Origin: Ostreococcus lucimarinus
Lineage: Eukaryota
DNA: 64,000 nt
Strand: one strand, 5' to 3'
Assembly (NCBI GenBank): GCA_000092065.1
Contig: CP000586.1
Shown here one piece after another: positions 28,601 to 37,237 of this stretch (positions are counted from its first letter, which is position 1; every line of letters starts with the position of its first letter). Made by a program: the position numbers and the translations under genes. The notes under the pieces were generated by a model. The model was not told the origin of the DNA. It ran no database searches and saw only the letters and a program-made list of their open reading frames with translations.

Positions 28601-31020
28601 CAGCGTCAAAACTCGGTACGGGTGATTCTGCGACGAGCAGAATGTGCTTTCTGCATCTGCCGACACGCCATCCAATGTCGTTTCCAGAAATCGAGCTCCC
28701 GTCGCTCGTGCAATCGTGCGCTCTCTTGTCTGTCGGTTTGCTTTATCAAGGCACAGCGCAGCGCTTGATCGTTGAAACACTACTCAGCGAGTTAGGAAAG
28801 TCGCCAGAAGGCGATGTCATCAACGGTCGAGAGTGCTACGCATTGTCTGCTGGCATTGCACTCGGCCTTGTCACGTTGGGACGAGGACACAGCGCGAGCG
28901 GGTTGTCAGATTTGCACATAGCCGAGAGATTGCGTCATTTCATCGTTGGTGGTGTCGCACGACATGTACCACCTCCCGGCGGTGTCCCATCTTCATCGGC
29001 AGCGCGCAAGTCTACGTCCGGCGCCGCTGGTTGGCAAGAGTCGTACCCTTCGGACGACGCTTGGACAAACTCTACTGGAGGCGTTGTAGAGGACCAGACG
29101 GCGTCCGTCGATGGTTATATTCTTGAAGGTTCGATGGTGAACGTCGATTTGTCGGCTCCCGGAGCTATCATGGCGCTCGGTTTGATGTATTTGAAGACGA
29201 ACGACGCCTCTGTATCGGCTCACCTTGAGATTCCATCGACGCACTACGGCCTTGACGACGCGCGGCCGGATTATGTCATGTTGCGAGTCGTTGCGAAGAG
29301 CTTGATCATGTGGGACACGGTAGAGCCAAGTGCAAGTTGGATCGAAGGGCTACTACCGCCGCTGTTGCGAGACGCGATGGATGTCAAATCTCCCGAGGAG
29401 CAGGAGGCGCAAAATGATTCCTCATGGCTCGGCGAAGCCGATCGCGAGGCGATCGCGCAGACGTATGTCAACGTTCTCGCGGGTGGTTGCATGTCGATCG
29501 GTTTGCGTTTTGCCGGTTCCAGTAATCCTGACGCATCTGCAACGCTTCGACATTATGCGTTCAAGTTTCTTGAGTGGAAAAAGAAAGTGGGCCAGGACGG
29601 TGGGGAACCTCTGGTGAACAAGTCGATGCTCGAAACGTGCATAGGCATCGTCGCAATGGCGTTATCGTGCGTGATGGCTGGAACCGGCGATTTACCCACG
29701 CTCAGACTTTTGCGGCATCTCCGCTCGCGAATGGAGACGAGCGCATCTGCGAACACTGGTTTGACGTATGGTGCGCACATGGCGATCGGTCTCGCGAATG
29801 GCTTCCTATTCCTCGGCGGCGGCGCGCAGACGTTTTCAACCGACGACGCGTCCATAGCTGCGTTGCTGATTTCGATGTTTCCACGGTTTCCATCCGACCC
29901 GAACGACAACAGATGGTACTGCCAGGCCTACCGCCACCTTTACGCTCTTGCTGCGAAAGATCGCTTGCTGCACACGATCGACGCTACGACGCTCCAACCG
30001 GTATCATCGCCGGTTGAAATTACGACGGTGATCTCGCAAGGGAAAGAGACAACTATGCAGCTTATCACACCGTGCCTGCTGCCCGATCCCGCAGCGCTCG
30101 CGAGTATCAAGATCATATCACCCAGGTACTGGTCCATACACCTTGATTTCGCACTCATGCACGCGGACACAAAGGACGCTTTGTACAAGCGCCGAAACAT
30201 TCCGATTCAAAGGCACACCGCGGCGCTTTCGTACGAAATCGATCGCACGGGAGCGAAGGCGCAACTCGCGACGGCACTACACGCAGCCGGCGCGCGAGCT
30301 GCCCTCAAGCCGCCGTCTGCGGAGGCGAGTATAGATCACAACACCGCACCCGTTGCGAATGCGACGGCGGCACGAGCAGGAAGAGATGCTGTGGACGTTT
30401 TCACCAGCGACGCGGTGCTGCTCGCGTTCGCGCGACACATGGGTGATGGTGCGAGCGATCGGGCTGGATTCACAGCCGCGGCGTTACGAGAGTGCATGCA
30501 TAGGGAAGTTCCCGACGCTCTACGAACATACGTCGATATGTACGCATCGTGTGAGGCGCTCATTCACTCCACGGAAAACAGTGAAGCACGAGCAAATGCG
30601 GCGGCGCTCGCGGTGAACGACTTGCGCCTGTTGAGTGCGTTCAGTGAATTATTGAAAAGATCCGGACTTGATGAGCACGACGTCGAAACCACGTTTCCCA
30701 TGCCGACATTACTAGTATCGTCCTTCAAACAGACGATTTCGCTTGTCCTTGATTCCAGATACGGCGACCAAACGGTTGGCTGCGCTCTCGCCAAGTACCT
30801 ACGCGGCGAAGGGTACGACGCGTCGATTGATACTTACGGTAGGTTTGGGTGTTATTTGCGTCTGTTAGACGTCCCCACACCTCGAGTTCTTCGTTCGGCG
30901 ATAGAGACGGGCATGAATCGACTGGGCGCGAGCGATTTGTCTGTCGCTTCGTTGAGAGCGTGTTTGCCGGATGCAGACCCGTCCACCGTTCTTCGAATCA
31001 TCGAAACGTGCCTCCCTTGA
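25681..31020 (+). CDS. APC1: anaphase-promoting complex subunit 1 (APC1); the 5' end is uncertain and the true start is probably several hundred bp downstream of 25681
   Basis: Rpn1/Rpn2-type PC repeats (LGLVTLGRGHSASGLSDLHIAERL; AIMALGLMYLKTNDASVSAHLE; GAHMAIGLANGFLFLGGG). A C-terminal block, LLISMFPRFPSDPNDNRWYCQAYRHLYALAA, matches the remembered APC1 C-terminal block (LYPHFP…DNRYHLQA.RHLYVLA). The first ~150 codons of the ORF are R/D/A-rich low complexity. Confidence 0.8.
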   Translation: MRDARRDATTRRATTRDDGDARDGDARRRARRAMRASERVERSATSDTTTTETTRDDADASSPRARRSEWTTTATTATRGRGSSFVATALTGLTIEDDDGRRGIARGRRARGETSEETRGRGDARTRTFRTSNEDGDEETLEIENETLTRRAGGVVRGRWSCEEKATAATRCAFKSDGERRGWFWCALHRDSFSLFGENGEMRRMPIGFEACALAATREGVLFVASDGGGVALVAHALDEPTPVEGLSDGVFVAWSDPQRSDVLFYAHSRRALELWTITLVPARSETEFSDAVPEFVSRADLRWSEGVGDDFAADAATYSLAHDENGREIILVSDNAAQRVCGLYVDADAPGGHRASGAIEGTSAMGVSGTRKGDGMLDTLVVCVDGTLALCIGTHLLCKLDATTPDGESTAGDVQFLSDSVGSGVTVHTSRRGSMRVRVPGSLASPHARALFAVLREVCSQDDFLDILRRMYASECVGADDAEAEWAYFVQVLQAWCEVAVKPRAVHELDDWEFSQRLLKVGVDSLSARTSDSNVNATRASVVLDAVHTIYEASKVDLLTRCMLKPLREFAMSLVDAIGTTREAYADYYARDSGASIAPLSVAAAPLQVPDLLRAVEGIFTGQSDFHTLVPPLILAGLEENAHVDANTFGGDVVVRARRVVKLCHVSTLGATNSSTSGGALACAMVDMGFTLEDLERLPPGLSLPFHGILRRCRDSPANGWPVEAYKLIGRQDLALMHGDDDFIRDERQRRVSRAPAATTRIQPDSASVSDGLEHLEEFVGPLRFPRDYRIRELRSILSTATPVPIQLDETEGAGGDAEQGSQQQSKLWLLAARTAAMPVGRGAASLGTVIAKPTEALLVPTLCLAGCLPTQQYAVVNLDLTAADAPKDFVNWPEFHNGAAAGLALRSDDDSGKLTRAWIVFNRPKLPTFSHAGVLMAFGLNGHLSSLTATDLYRYLAQEHEATTVGTLLGVAASKLGTGDSATSRMCFLHLPTRHPMSFPEIELPSLVQSCALLSVGLLYQGTAQRLIVETLLSELGKSPEGDVINGRECYALSAGIALGLVTLGRGHSASGLSDLHIAERLRHFIVGGVARHVPPPGGVPSSSAARKSTSGAAGWQESYPSDDAWTNSTGGVVEDQTASVDGYILEGSMVNVDLSAPGAIMALGLMYLKTNDASVSAHLEIPSTHYGLDDARPDYVMLRVVAKSLIMWDTVEPSASWIEGLLPPLLRDAMDVKSPEEQEAQNDSSWLGEADREAIAQTYVNVLAGGCMSIGLRFAGSSNPDASATLRHYAFKFLEWKKKVGQDGGEPLVNKSMLETCIGIVAMALSCVMAGTGDLPTLRLLRHLRSRMETSASANTGLTYGAHMAIGLANGFLFLGGGAQTFSTDDASIAALLISMFPRFPSDPNDNRWYCQAYRHLYALAAKDRLLHTIDATTLQPVSSPVEITTVISQGKETTMQLITPCLLPDPAALASIKIISPRYWSIHLDFALMHADTKDALYKRRNIPIQRHTAALSYEIDRTGAKAQLATALHAAGARAALKPPSAEASIDHNTAPVANATAARAGRDAVDVFTSDAVLLAFARHMGDGASDRAGFTAAALRECMHREVPDALRTYVDMYASCEALIHSTENSEARANAAALAVNDLRLLSAFSELLKRSGLDEHDVETTFPMPTLLVSSFKQTISLVLDSRYGDQTVGCALAKYLRGEGYDASIDTYGRFGCYLRLLDVPTPRVLRSAIETGMNRLGASDLSVASLRACLPDADPSTVLRIIETCLP

Positions 31021-31090
31021 GATTAGTTTAGCATTGATATTAGATTGATTACACACAAGCACAACAAGTAAATCCCTAATAGACTTGCCA

Positions 31091-32023
31091 TCACTGGGGA
31101 GCCTCGTCTTCGCTCGCGGGCGCGCTCTTCGCAACGACGCCGCACTTCATGAATTGGACTTTCCTGAAAGGCTTTCGGAACGCTTGTTCCGCGACGAGCG
31201 CTCGCTTATCCCCTATCGACTTCGCCACCGCAAAGAATGGCGAGCTCGTGTTATCTTTCACCGTCGGAAGCTGACTGATCTCCTCCAAAACCTCGTCTCC
31301 GCTCACGACTCGACCGACGACGACGTTCGTCGCGTCCAATTCCGGCGCCGCTCTCAACGTAATCGTAAACCCCGTCCCGTTCGGCGGCGGTGGCGGCGGA
31401 TCGTACACCGTCTCAAATTTCCCTCGCACACTCACCAACCGCGCCTTGGGTTCGGGCTCTGGCTCCGATGGATCTCTCCGCACGATCAAACTCACCAACC
31501 CGCGTTCGTCGTGCGATCTCTTGCCCAAATCCGGCAGCAGACGCTCCGCGGACGGCCCTCCCACGACGTCCACGCTCGCGTCCGAGCCCGGCGTCACGAA
31601 CTTTTCCACGCCATTATTCTTCAAATAAATCTCCACCGCATCGTCACCGTCGCCGGAGACTTCGATGTTATCGACCGTCGTTCGCCGATAAGACAAGCCG
31701 CCGACGCCTCGCGCGAGCTCGACGAATCGCCGACCGCTGAGCGTTCCCTCGTCCACCGCCACGACGATGCGTCCGAGCGGTTGGCCCTCGACCGCGATGT
31801 CGAAAAAGCACTCGGTGAAGTCCTCCGCGCGCGCGCGGCGCGGGGCGACGAGGAAGGGCGCGAGCGCGAGCGCGGTCGACACCGTTCGGCGGTGCACTCG
31901 CGCGGCGGCATCGGCGTCGTCGCGCGACGATGGAAGCCCGCGCGGCGCGGTGCGGCGGCGGTCGCTGGCGCGCGCGTGGACGCGCGCGCGATTCGGCGCG
32001 AGCCGCGCGAGCGCGGTGGACAT
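31091..32023 (-). CDS. thylakoid-lumen cyclophilin-type peptidyl-prolyl isomerase (divergent) with a twin-arginine signal
   Basis: Cyclophilin-like core: FFDIAVEGQPLGRIVVAV…GLVSLIV…FTITLRAAPELDATNVVVGRVVSGDEVLEEI. The N-terminus MSTALARLAPNRARVHARASDRRRTAPRG…HRRTVSTALALAPFLVAPRRARA-EDF reads as a transit peptide followed by an RR motif, a hydrophobic core and an AxA cleavage site. ATG start. Confidence 0.75.
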   Translation of the reverse strand: MSTALARLAPNRARVHARASDRRRTAPRGLPSSRDDADAAARVHRRTVSTALALAPFLVAPRRARAEDFTECFFDIAVEGQPLGRIVVAVDEGTLSGRRFVELARGVGGLSYRRTTVDNIEVSGDGDDAVEIYLKNNGVEKFVTPGSDASVDVVGGPSAERLLPDLGKRSHDERGLVSLIVRRDPSEPEPEPKARLVSVRGKFETVYDPPPPPPNGTGFTITLRAAPELDATNVVVGRVVSGDEVLEEISQLPTVKDNTSSPFFAVAKSIGDKRALVAEQAFRKPFRKVQFMKCGVVAKSAPASEDEAPQ

Positions 32024-32159
32024 GCGCGCGAGTGTGCGGTGCGGTCTTCGACATCAGATATTTTGGACGTCTTCGCAAATCGTTTGGTTCGTCGGTCGCT
32101 CGAAAATCGTTGATACAAGACGCGCGCGGTAAAGCTAAATAGTCGAAGTAAGCGATCGA

Positions 32160-33197
32160 CTACGTGAGCATTCTCGGTTCTTCGGGTTCTTCGACGACGG
32201 GCGCCGCCGGGGCCGCGACTCGGTCTTCGCCGTCGTCTTCGCCGTCGTCGCCTTCGTCGTCGCTGGCGGGGAGGAAAAACGCTTCAAAATTGATGGAGGA
32301 ATTCCCACCCGGTGCGCACGAAACCCCGCCGCGCGATCGTCGAGCTTGTGGCAGCGTGTCATCAAAGATGTTCCCACCCTGAAGCTGCGCCACGCCCGCT
32401 TGACGATGCGACGTGAGCGGGCGACGTTCGGGCAACGTTTGATCGAAGACGTTGTTTCCGCGCTGCTCGGCGAGTTTCGCCGCGCTGATCCGTTGCTTGG
32501 GTAACTCTGGACACGCGAATATATCACTTCCATTCATCGCCGCGACAGCCGCATCACGCGCCTGGCTGCCCGGCGATTGCCCGTTTCCCGAACGGCCGTC
32601 GCGCGCCTTCGGCGGCGACTCGCCGCCGAAAATAAACGAAGATCCCCCGCCCGGTTCACGAAGCACTCTCGAAGTCTTGCGACCCGTCAAAAAGTTGCCC
32701 ACATTCTGCCCTCCGGAGCGTCCGTAATTATTATCCATCGTCGACACCCCACCCGCCGCTTTCACCGTCGTCGTGGCTTCGCATTCGCCTCGATCGATCG
32801 CCTCGCACACCCGTTCAATCAACGTATCCCTCGACCCCGCCGGCGACAGTCCGTTCTGTCGGCACAGCGTTCTCAAATCCGCCAGCATCATCGCCTTCAC
32901 GTCGTCCTTCGTCGCCTTTTTCGTCGTTCGTTCGCTTCGCGTCGTCGTCTCTTCGTCTTCGTCTTCGCCGCCGAAGATCGTCTTCGCCGCGCCCTTGAAT
33001 TCGCGCATCTTCGCCGCGCTCGCCTGCCGCCACGTCGCCGGCCGTTCGTTCGCGCTGACCAATCCCTCACCGTCCGCGCCGAACGAGATGCTCGAGCGTC
33101 CTCCCGGCGGCGCGTGCGTGCGCGTCGTCGGTCGATCCGTGAGGACGTTGCCACTGTTTTGGTTCGCGCCGCTCGCGAACGCGTTCGAGGACGTCAT
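32160..33197 (-). CDS. SPIRAL1-like (SP1L) microtubule-associated protein with an internal SAP domain
   Basis: Two or three SPR1-type motifs are present. QNSGNVLTDRPTTRTHAPPGGRSSISFG and NNYGRSGGQNVGNFLTGRKTSRVLREPGGGSSFIFGG match SPIRAL1 N/C-terminal boxes ([31 protein letters not shown]). A further GGNSSINFE is present. SAP motif: MMLADLRTLCRQNGLSPAGSRDTLIERV. The start is taken at the ATG at 33197 (MTSSNAFAS), as in SPR1. The ORF-track start at 33368 is upstream of it. Confidence 0.65.
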   Translation of the reverse strand: MTSSNAFASGANQNSGNVLTDRPTTRTHAPPGGRSSISFGADGEGLVSANERPATWRQASAAKMREFKGAAKTIFGGEDEDEETTTRSERTTKKATKDDVKAMMLADLRTLCRQNGLSPAGSRDTLIERVCEAIDRGECEATTTVKAAGGVSTMDNNYGRSGGQNVGNFLTGRKTSRVLREPGGGSSFIFGGESPPKARDGRSGNGQSPGSQARDAAVAAMNGSDIFACPELPKQRISAAKLAEQRGNNVFDQTLPERRPLTSHRQAGVAQLQGGNIFDDTLPQARRSRGGVSCAPGGNSSINFEAFFLPASDDEGDDGEDDGEDRVAAPAAPVVEEPEEPRMLT

Positions 33198-33564
33198 CGC
33201 GCGCGCCGCGGCGCCGATCCGCGACGCGCGTCGGTCGCGTCGGTCGCGCGCGGGCGTCGGCGCCGCGCGCTCGGCGTCGCGGAGTGTCGCGCGCGCGCGA
33301 TCGCGCGCGATTGCCGACCAGACGGGTATATACACTAGGGTTTGGTACATAGCGGTACCAGACGACACAATACGGTAACGACTTCATTCCGCAACGCGCG
33401 CGCGCGTCGCGCGCGACGCGCGCGGTCGCCGCGCGCGCGGTCGCGCGACGCGGCGCGACGCGCGGTCGACCCTCGTCGACGCGCCTCGCGCTCGATCGCG
33501 CGCGAGCGTCGCGCGCGCGACGAGGAGGCGCGTTTTTCTCGCCGCCCGACGAGACCGCGCCGTC

Positions 33565-35757
33565 ATGACGAACGACGACGGCGACGGCGACGACGACGAC
33601 GACGCGCCCGAGGACGTCATCGAGGAGTACGACGGCGAGACGAACGACGCGGGACGCCCGCACGGGGAGGGATACGCGTGGTACGCCGACGGCACGGAAT
33701 ACGTGGGAGGATTCGTGGACGGCGCGCGGAGCGGCTACGGAAGGCTGTGGCTCGCGAGGGACGAAGACGAAGATTACGACGAAGACGACGATGTTCCGAA
33801 CGCGTTTTACCTCGGGGAATGGAAGGACGATCGACCGCACGGTAGGGGCATACAGGTGTCGCGCGACAAAACCTGGTTGCAGGGAAATTTTGAGAGCGGG
33901 GAGTTGCGAGGGGAGGCGTATTTGTCGACGCAGGTTTCCATTGGGGACCCTCGGTACATGGGCGAGTTCGGCGACGACGGCGCGTTCGGGGGCGTGGGGA
34001 CGATGTACAACCGGTGCGGCGGGCGACTGACGGCGAATTGGAAGGAAGGTGACATCGCCGCCGGGTTAGCGGTGTGGGAAGGTGACAGCGCGCGCAGGCG
34101 CGAGTCGACGGCGGTGGTGGCGTGGACGCGAGAGAGTTTCGGAGACGCCGAACGAACGGGAAAGTGGACAGATTTGGTCGCGCGAGGCGCGGTGGTGGTG
34201 CGTTTTGTAAATGTGGATACGTCTTATGAAGCGGGTTGCCGTCATAGACCCGAGGTGCGCGAATTTCTACGCGCTTTGAATGCCGTCGACGCTCGTCCTG
34301 GTTCGAGCGTACGAGCGGCCATCGAAGCCAGCGCGGTGGCGAGGAAGGCCGTCGAATTCGACTACGAAGCAGACGTTGCGACGACAGACTTATTGGCGAG
34401 CCTTACGTTGGCGCGCTATGTCGAGAGCTTGCGTGTGCGTGTGAGCCGAACGGCCCCGCTCGAAGTGCGTGCGACAGAAGACATGCATCGGCACGCCGTC
34501 GTCGCTTTTTATTCTGGCACCGTCGGTGAAGTCCGCGGCGTTTCTGCGAGCGACGCAGAGCGTCTCGCGAGCGATGCCATCATGCTTCGCGAGGAGGACG
34601 ATGAGGACACTCAAGAGATCGTGGCCGAGTACGATAAAGATCGGAGTAGTATCGCATACGCGCAGTCTCACGGCGTGCGCGTGATCCATCTCGACGTCGG
34701 CGCGGACGCGCTCTGCGCGAATTTTGTTCGCGTGGAGACGAAACACGAAACGAATTGCGAGCGCATGTTCTTCGAAAACCATCCCATCTTTGGCGATGCG
34801 GTGTTTCTTAGAACTAAAAGGTGTATAGCGAAGGACGAGGAGTTGACGGTCGCGCCAGACTACTTTTTCGGTTGGTGCTTAGACCCGTTGAGTGAGGCGG
34901 GCTATTACGAAAGCATGCGTTGTCATCCACCAGAGGTGATATTTGAGAGAGACAACGACGTCCTCGAACTCGGTCGCGTGACGGTGAAGCGACACGGCCG
35001 ATGGCGAGCGCTATACCTTGGGAATGTTGAGCAAGGATTGTCGTACGCGCCCACCGACGATGCGCCGCCGTCGCACGAAGTTCTCGGGTTTCAATACATC
35101 CGAGCGATGGCGATCGCCACCGTTGACCGCATCCGCGCCGAGAGACACGCCACGAAGTCGACGTCGATCGTCGCCGTCGGTCTCGGCACTGGTGCGCTAC
35201 CACTGTATCTGGCGAACGCACCCGACTTGAACGTCGACGTGGTCACCGTCGAATGCAGCCAAGCGGTCATCGACGCGTGCGCGGCTATCCACGTGCCTAT
35301 GCGCATAATCGATCGCGAAGGAAAATCCTCCGGAATCCCCGCCGCGAAGAAACGACGACGTTCGCGTTCGGAGCCGTCGCCGATTCGCGTCCACCGCGCA
35401 GACGCCTTGGACTATTTCCAGCGATGCATCGCAAAAAATATCACAGACAATCGTGTGGCGTCCGTGGACGTCGTCTTGTTGGACGCGTACGACGGCGACG
35501 GCAAAATCCCCGAGCGCGTTCGAGACGACTTCTTCATTCGATCCGTCGCGAGCTCGTTATCGCCCGTCGGCTTTTGCGTGTGCAACTGTTGGGACGGCCC
35601 CATAGGTTCGGAGGCCTACCACGAACTCCACATGTTCTCCAATCTTTTGGATCGTCACTTTTCGCTCATCGAGCGCGTGAGCGTGGTGGGTCAAGAGTAC
35701 AACGTCATTTTAATAGCGTCGCGCGCTCGGGCTCCCGGTGAGCGTTTGCGTTTGTGA
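33565..35757 (+). CDS. multidomain methyltransferase: MORN repeats plus SETD7-like SET domain plus C-terminal spermidine-synthase-like (class I SAM) domain
   Basis: MORN repeats: GEGYAWYADGTEYVGGFVDGARSGYGRL; YLGEWKDDRPHGRGIQ; WLQGNFESGELRGEAY. The SET C-terminus ENHPIFGDAVFLRTKRCIAKDEELTVAPDYFF matches the remembered SETD7 C-terminus (NHS…HPRFGPIKCIRTLRAVEADEELTVAYGYD). The C-terminal block is IVAVGLGTGALPLYLANAPDLNVDVVTVECSQAVIDAC…VDVVLLDAYDGDG…FIRSVASSL. ATG start. Confidence 0.75.
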   Translation: MTNDDGDGDDDDDAPEDVIEEYDGETNDAGRPHGEGYAWYADGTEYVGGFVDGARSGYGRLWLARDEDEDYDEDDDVPNAFYLGEWKDDRPHGRGIQVSRDKTWLQGNFESGELRGEAYLSTQVSIGDPRYMGEFGDDGAFGGVGTMYNRCGGRLTANWKEGDIAAGLAVWEGDSARRRESTAVVAWTRESFGDAERTGKWTDLVARGAVVVRFVNVDTSYEAGCRHRPEVREFLRALNAVDARPGSSVRAAIEASAVARKAVEFDYEADVATTDLLASLTLARYVESLRVRVSRTAPLEVRATEDMHRHAVVAFYSGTVGEVRGVSASDAERLASDAIMLREEDDEDTQEIVAEYDKDRSSIAYAQSHGVRVIHLDVGADALCANFVRVETKHETNCERMFFENHPIFGDAVFLRTKRCIAKDEELTVAPDYFFGWCLDPLSEAGYYESMRCHPPEVIFERDNDVLELGRVTVKRHGRWRALYLGNVEQGLSYAPTDDAPPSHEVLGFQYIRAMAIATVDRIRAERHATKSTSIVAVGLGTGALPLYLANAPDLNVDVVTVECSQAVIDACAAIHVPMRIIDREGKSSGIPAAKKRRRSRSEPSPIRVHRADALDYFQRCIAKNITDNRVASVDVVLLDAYDGDGKIPERVRDDFFIRSVASSLSPVGFCVCNCWDGPIGSEAYHELHMFSNLLDRHFSLIERVSVVGQEYNVILIASRARAPGERLRL

Positions 35758-35889
35758 CGAGCGCCATCCACCCAGCCGACTTCATTCATTCGCGCGTCCG
35801 CCCGCGCGTCGTCGTCGACGATACGCGTTCTCGCGCGCGCCCTCGCGCGCCCCGCGCTCGCGCGCGCGCCTCGCGCGCGTCGTCGCGCC

Positions 35890-36561
35890 ATGGACGCCTT
35901 CGTCACGCGTCGCGTCGTCGCCAAGGCGTCGACGACGAACGACGACGACGACGCGCGCAAGCGGCGCAGAGTCGCGCCGACGAACGACGGGTGGCGCACG
36001 TTCGATGACTCCCTGCTCGCGCGCCTGGACGCGGCGTGCGAACCGCGGGCGAAGATCGCGGCGTTCGATCTGGACGACACGCTGCAAAAGACGAAGAGCG
36101 GCGCGAAGGCGTTCGCGGCGCGCGCGGATGACTTTACGACGCTGAACGAACACGTCCCGCGCGTGCTCCGGGCGTTGCACGACGATGGGTATAAAATTTG
36201 TATATTTAGTAATCAAGGGGGGGTGAAAGGGGCGTTGGATGGGAAAAGGGCGACGAGCGTGCGGGCGCGGTTGGCGCTGCTGGCGACGACGCTGGAGACG
36301 CCGTTTCAGTTTTACGGCGCGACGCAGATGCGGGAGAACGACGTGAAAAAGTACCGTAAGGGTGAGATTGGGATGTGGCGAAAGATGGTGGCCGAGCATA
36401 ACGGTGGCGTCGCGCCGGATTTGAAGGCGAGCTTCTTCGTCGGCGACGCCGCGGGACGCGCGCAGGATCACAGCGCCGTGGACAAGGAGTTTGCGGAAAA
36501 CGTAGGGGTGCGTTTTTTCGTTCCGGAACAGATGTTCGTCGAGGGTGAGGCGTGGAAATGA
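35890..36561 (+). CDS. polynucleotide 3'-phosphatase (PNKP/ZDP/Tpp1-type HAD phosphatase domain only)
   Basis: HAD motif I AAFDLDDTL. Further motifs: GYKICIFSNQGG and FFVGDAAGR (DxxGR). 223 aa. No kinase or zinc-finger domain is attached. Confidence 0.8.
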   Translation: MDAFVTRRVVAKASTTNDDDDARKRRRVAPTNDGWRTFDDSLLARLDAACEPRAKIAAFDLDDTLQKTKSGAKAFAARADDFTTLNEHVPRVLRALHDDGYKICIFSNQGGVKGALDGKRATSVRARLALLATTLETPFQFYGATQMRENDVKKYRKGEIGMWRKMVAEHNGGVAPDLKASFFVGDAAGRAQDHSAVDKEFAENVGVRFFVPEQMFVEGEAWK

Positions 36562-36661
36562 AGCGATTAGTACGATGATGATGCGATGCATCGCGCGCGC
36601 GCGCGTGCAGGCGCTGCTCAAGGAAGGAAAATTGATTTGTTATTGACGAAGCGCGAAACGT

Positions 36662-37237
36662 TTACTCGCCGTCGCCGCCGTCGCCGTCGCCGCGACCGCG
36701 TCCTCTACCTCCGCGACCTCCGCGACCGCGACCGCGACCCCGACCGCGACCACCATACGGCGAGTACGGCATCATCATCATCATCATCGGCCCGCGTCCA
36801 CCGAATCTACCGCGTCCTCGCCCACCGCGTCCGCCGCGACCTCCGGCTTTCATACCGGGCACGTTGGTCCGCTTCGCCGAAACCTTGATCTTTCGCCCAC
36901 GAATTTCAGTGCCGTCCAGCAAGATGGCGTTATGCACCGCGTCGGGTTCGAGAAACTCCACGTACGCGAAACCCTTGGGGTTATCAAACTTGTCGTGTAA
37001 GATTGTGACGCGATTCACCGTCCCCGCGCTCGCGAACGCGTTCGCCAAATCCTCCGGCGTCGACGCGTAATCAACCTGTCCGACGTACACCGACCGCGCA
37101 TCCGCCTCTTGCTTTTTCGCCGCCTCCTCTTCGGGATTCTTCCCAGCCTCTTCCGCCGCCATGGCGTCGTCAACCTTTTCGTGTTCGCCCTTCAGCTTCT
37201 CCGCCTCGTCCTCCATCTCTTTGAGTCTTCGCTGCAT
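36662..37237 (-). CDS. PABPN1: nuclear poly(A)-binding protein PABPN1 (PABP2): coiled coil plus one RRM plus RGG tail
   Basis: DARSVYVGQVDYASTPEDLANAFASAGTVNRVTILHDKFDNPKGFAYVEFLEPDAVHNAILLDGTEIRGRKIKVSAKRTNVPG is colinear with human PABPN1. The N-terminal helix is MQRRLKEMEDEAEKLKGEHEK. The C-terminus carries GRGGRGGRGRGR repeats and a Met6 tract. Confidence 0.85.
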   Translation of the reverse strand: MQRRLKEMEDEAEKLKGEHEKVDDAMAAEEAGKNPEEEAAKKQEADARSVYVGQVDYASTPEDLANAFASAGTVNRVTILHDKFDNPKGFAYVEFLEPDAVHNAILLDGTEIRGRKIKVSAKRTNVPGMKAGGRGGRGGRGRGRFGGRGPMMMMMMPYSPYGGRGRGRGRGRGGRGGRGRGRGDGDGGDGE

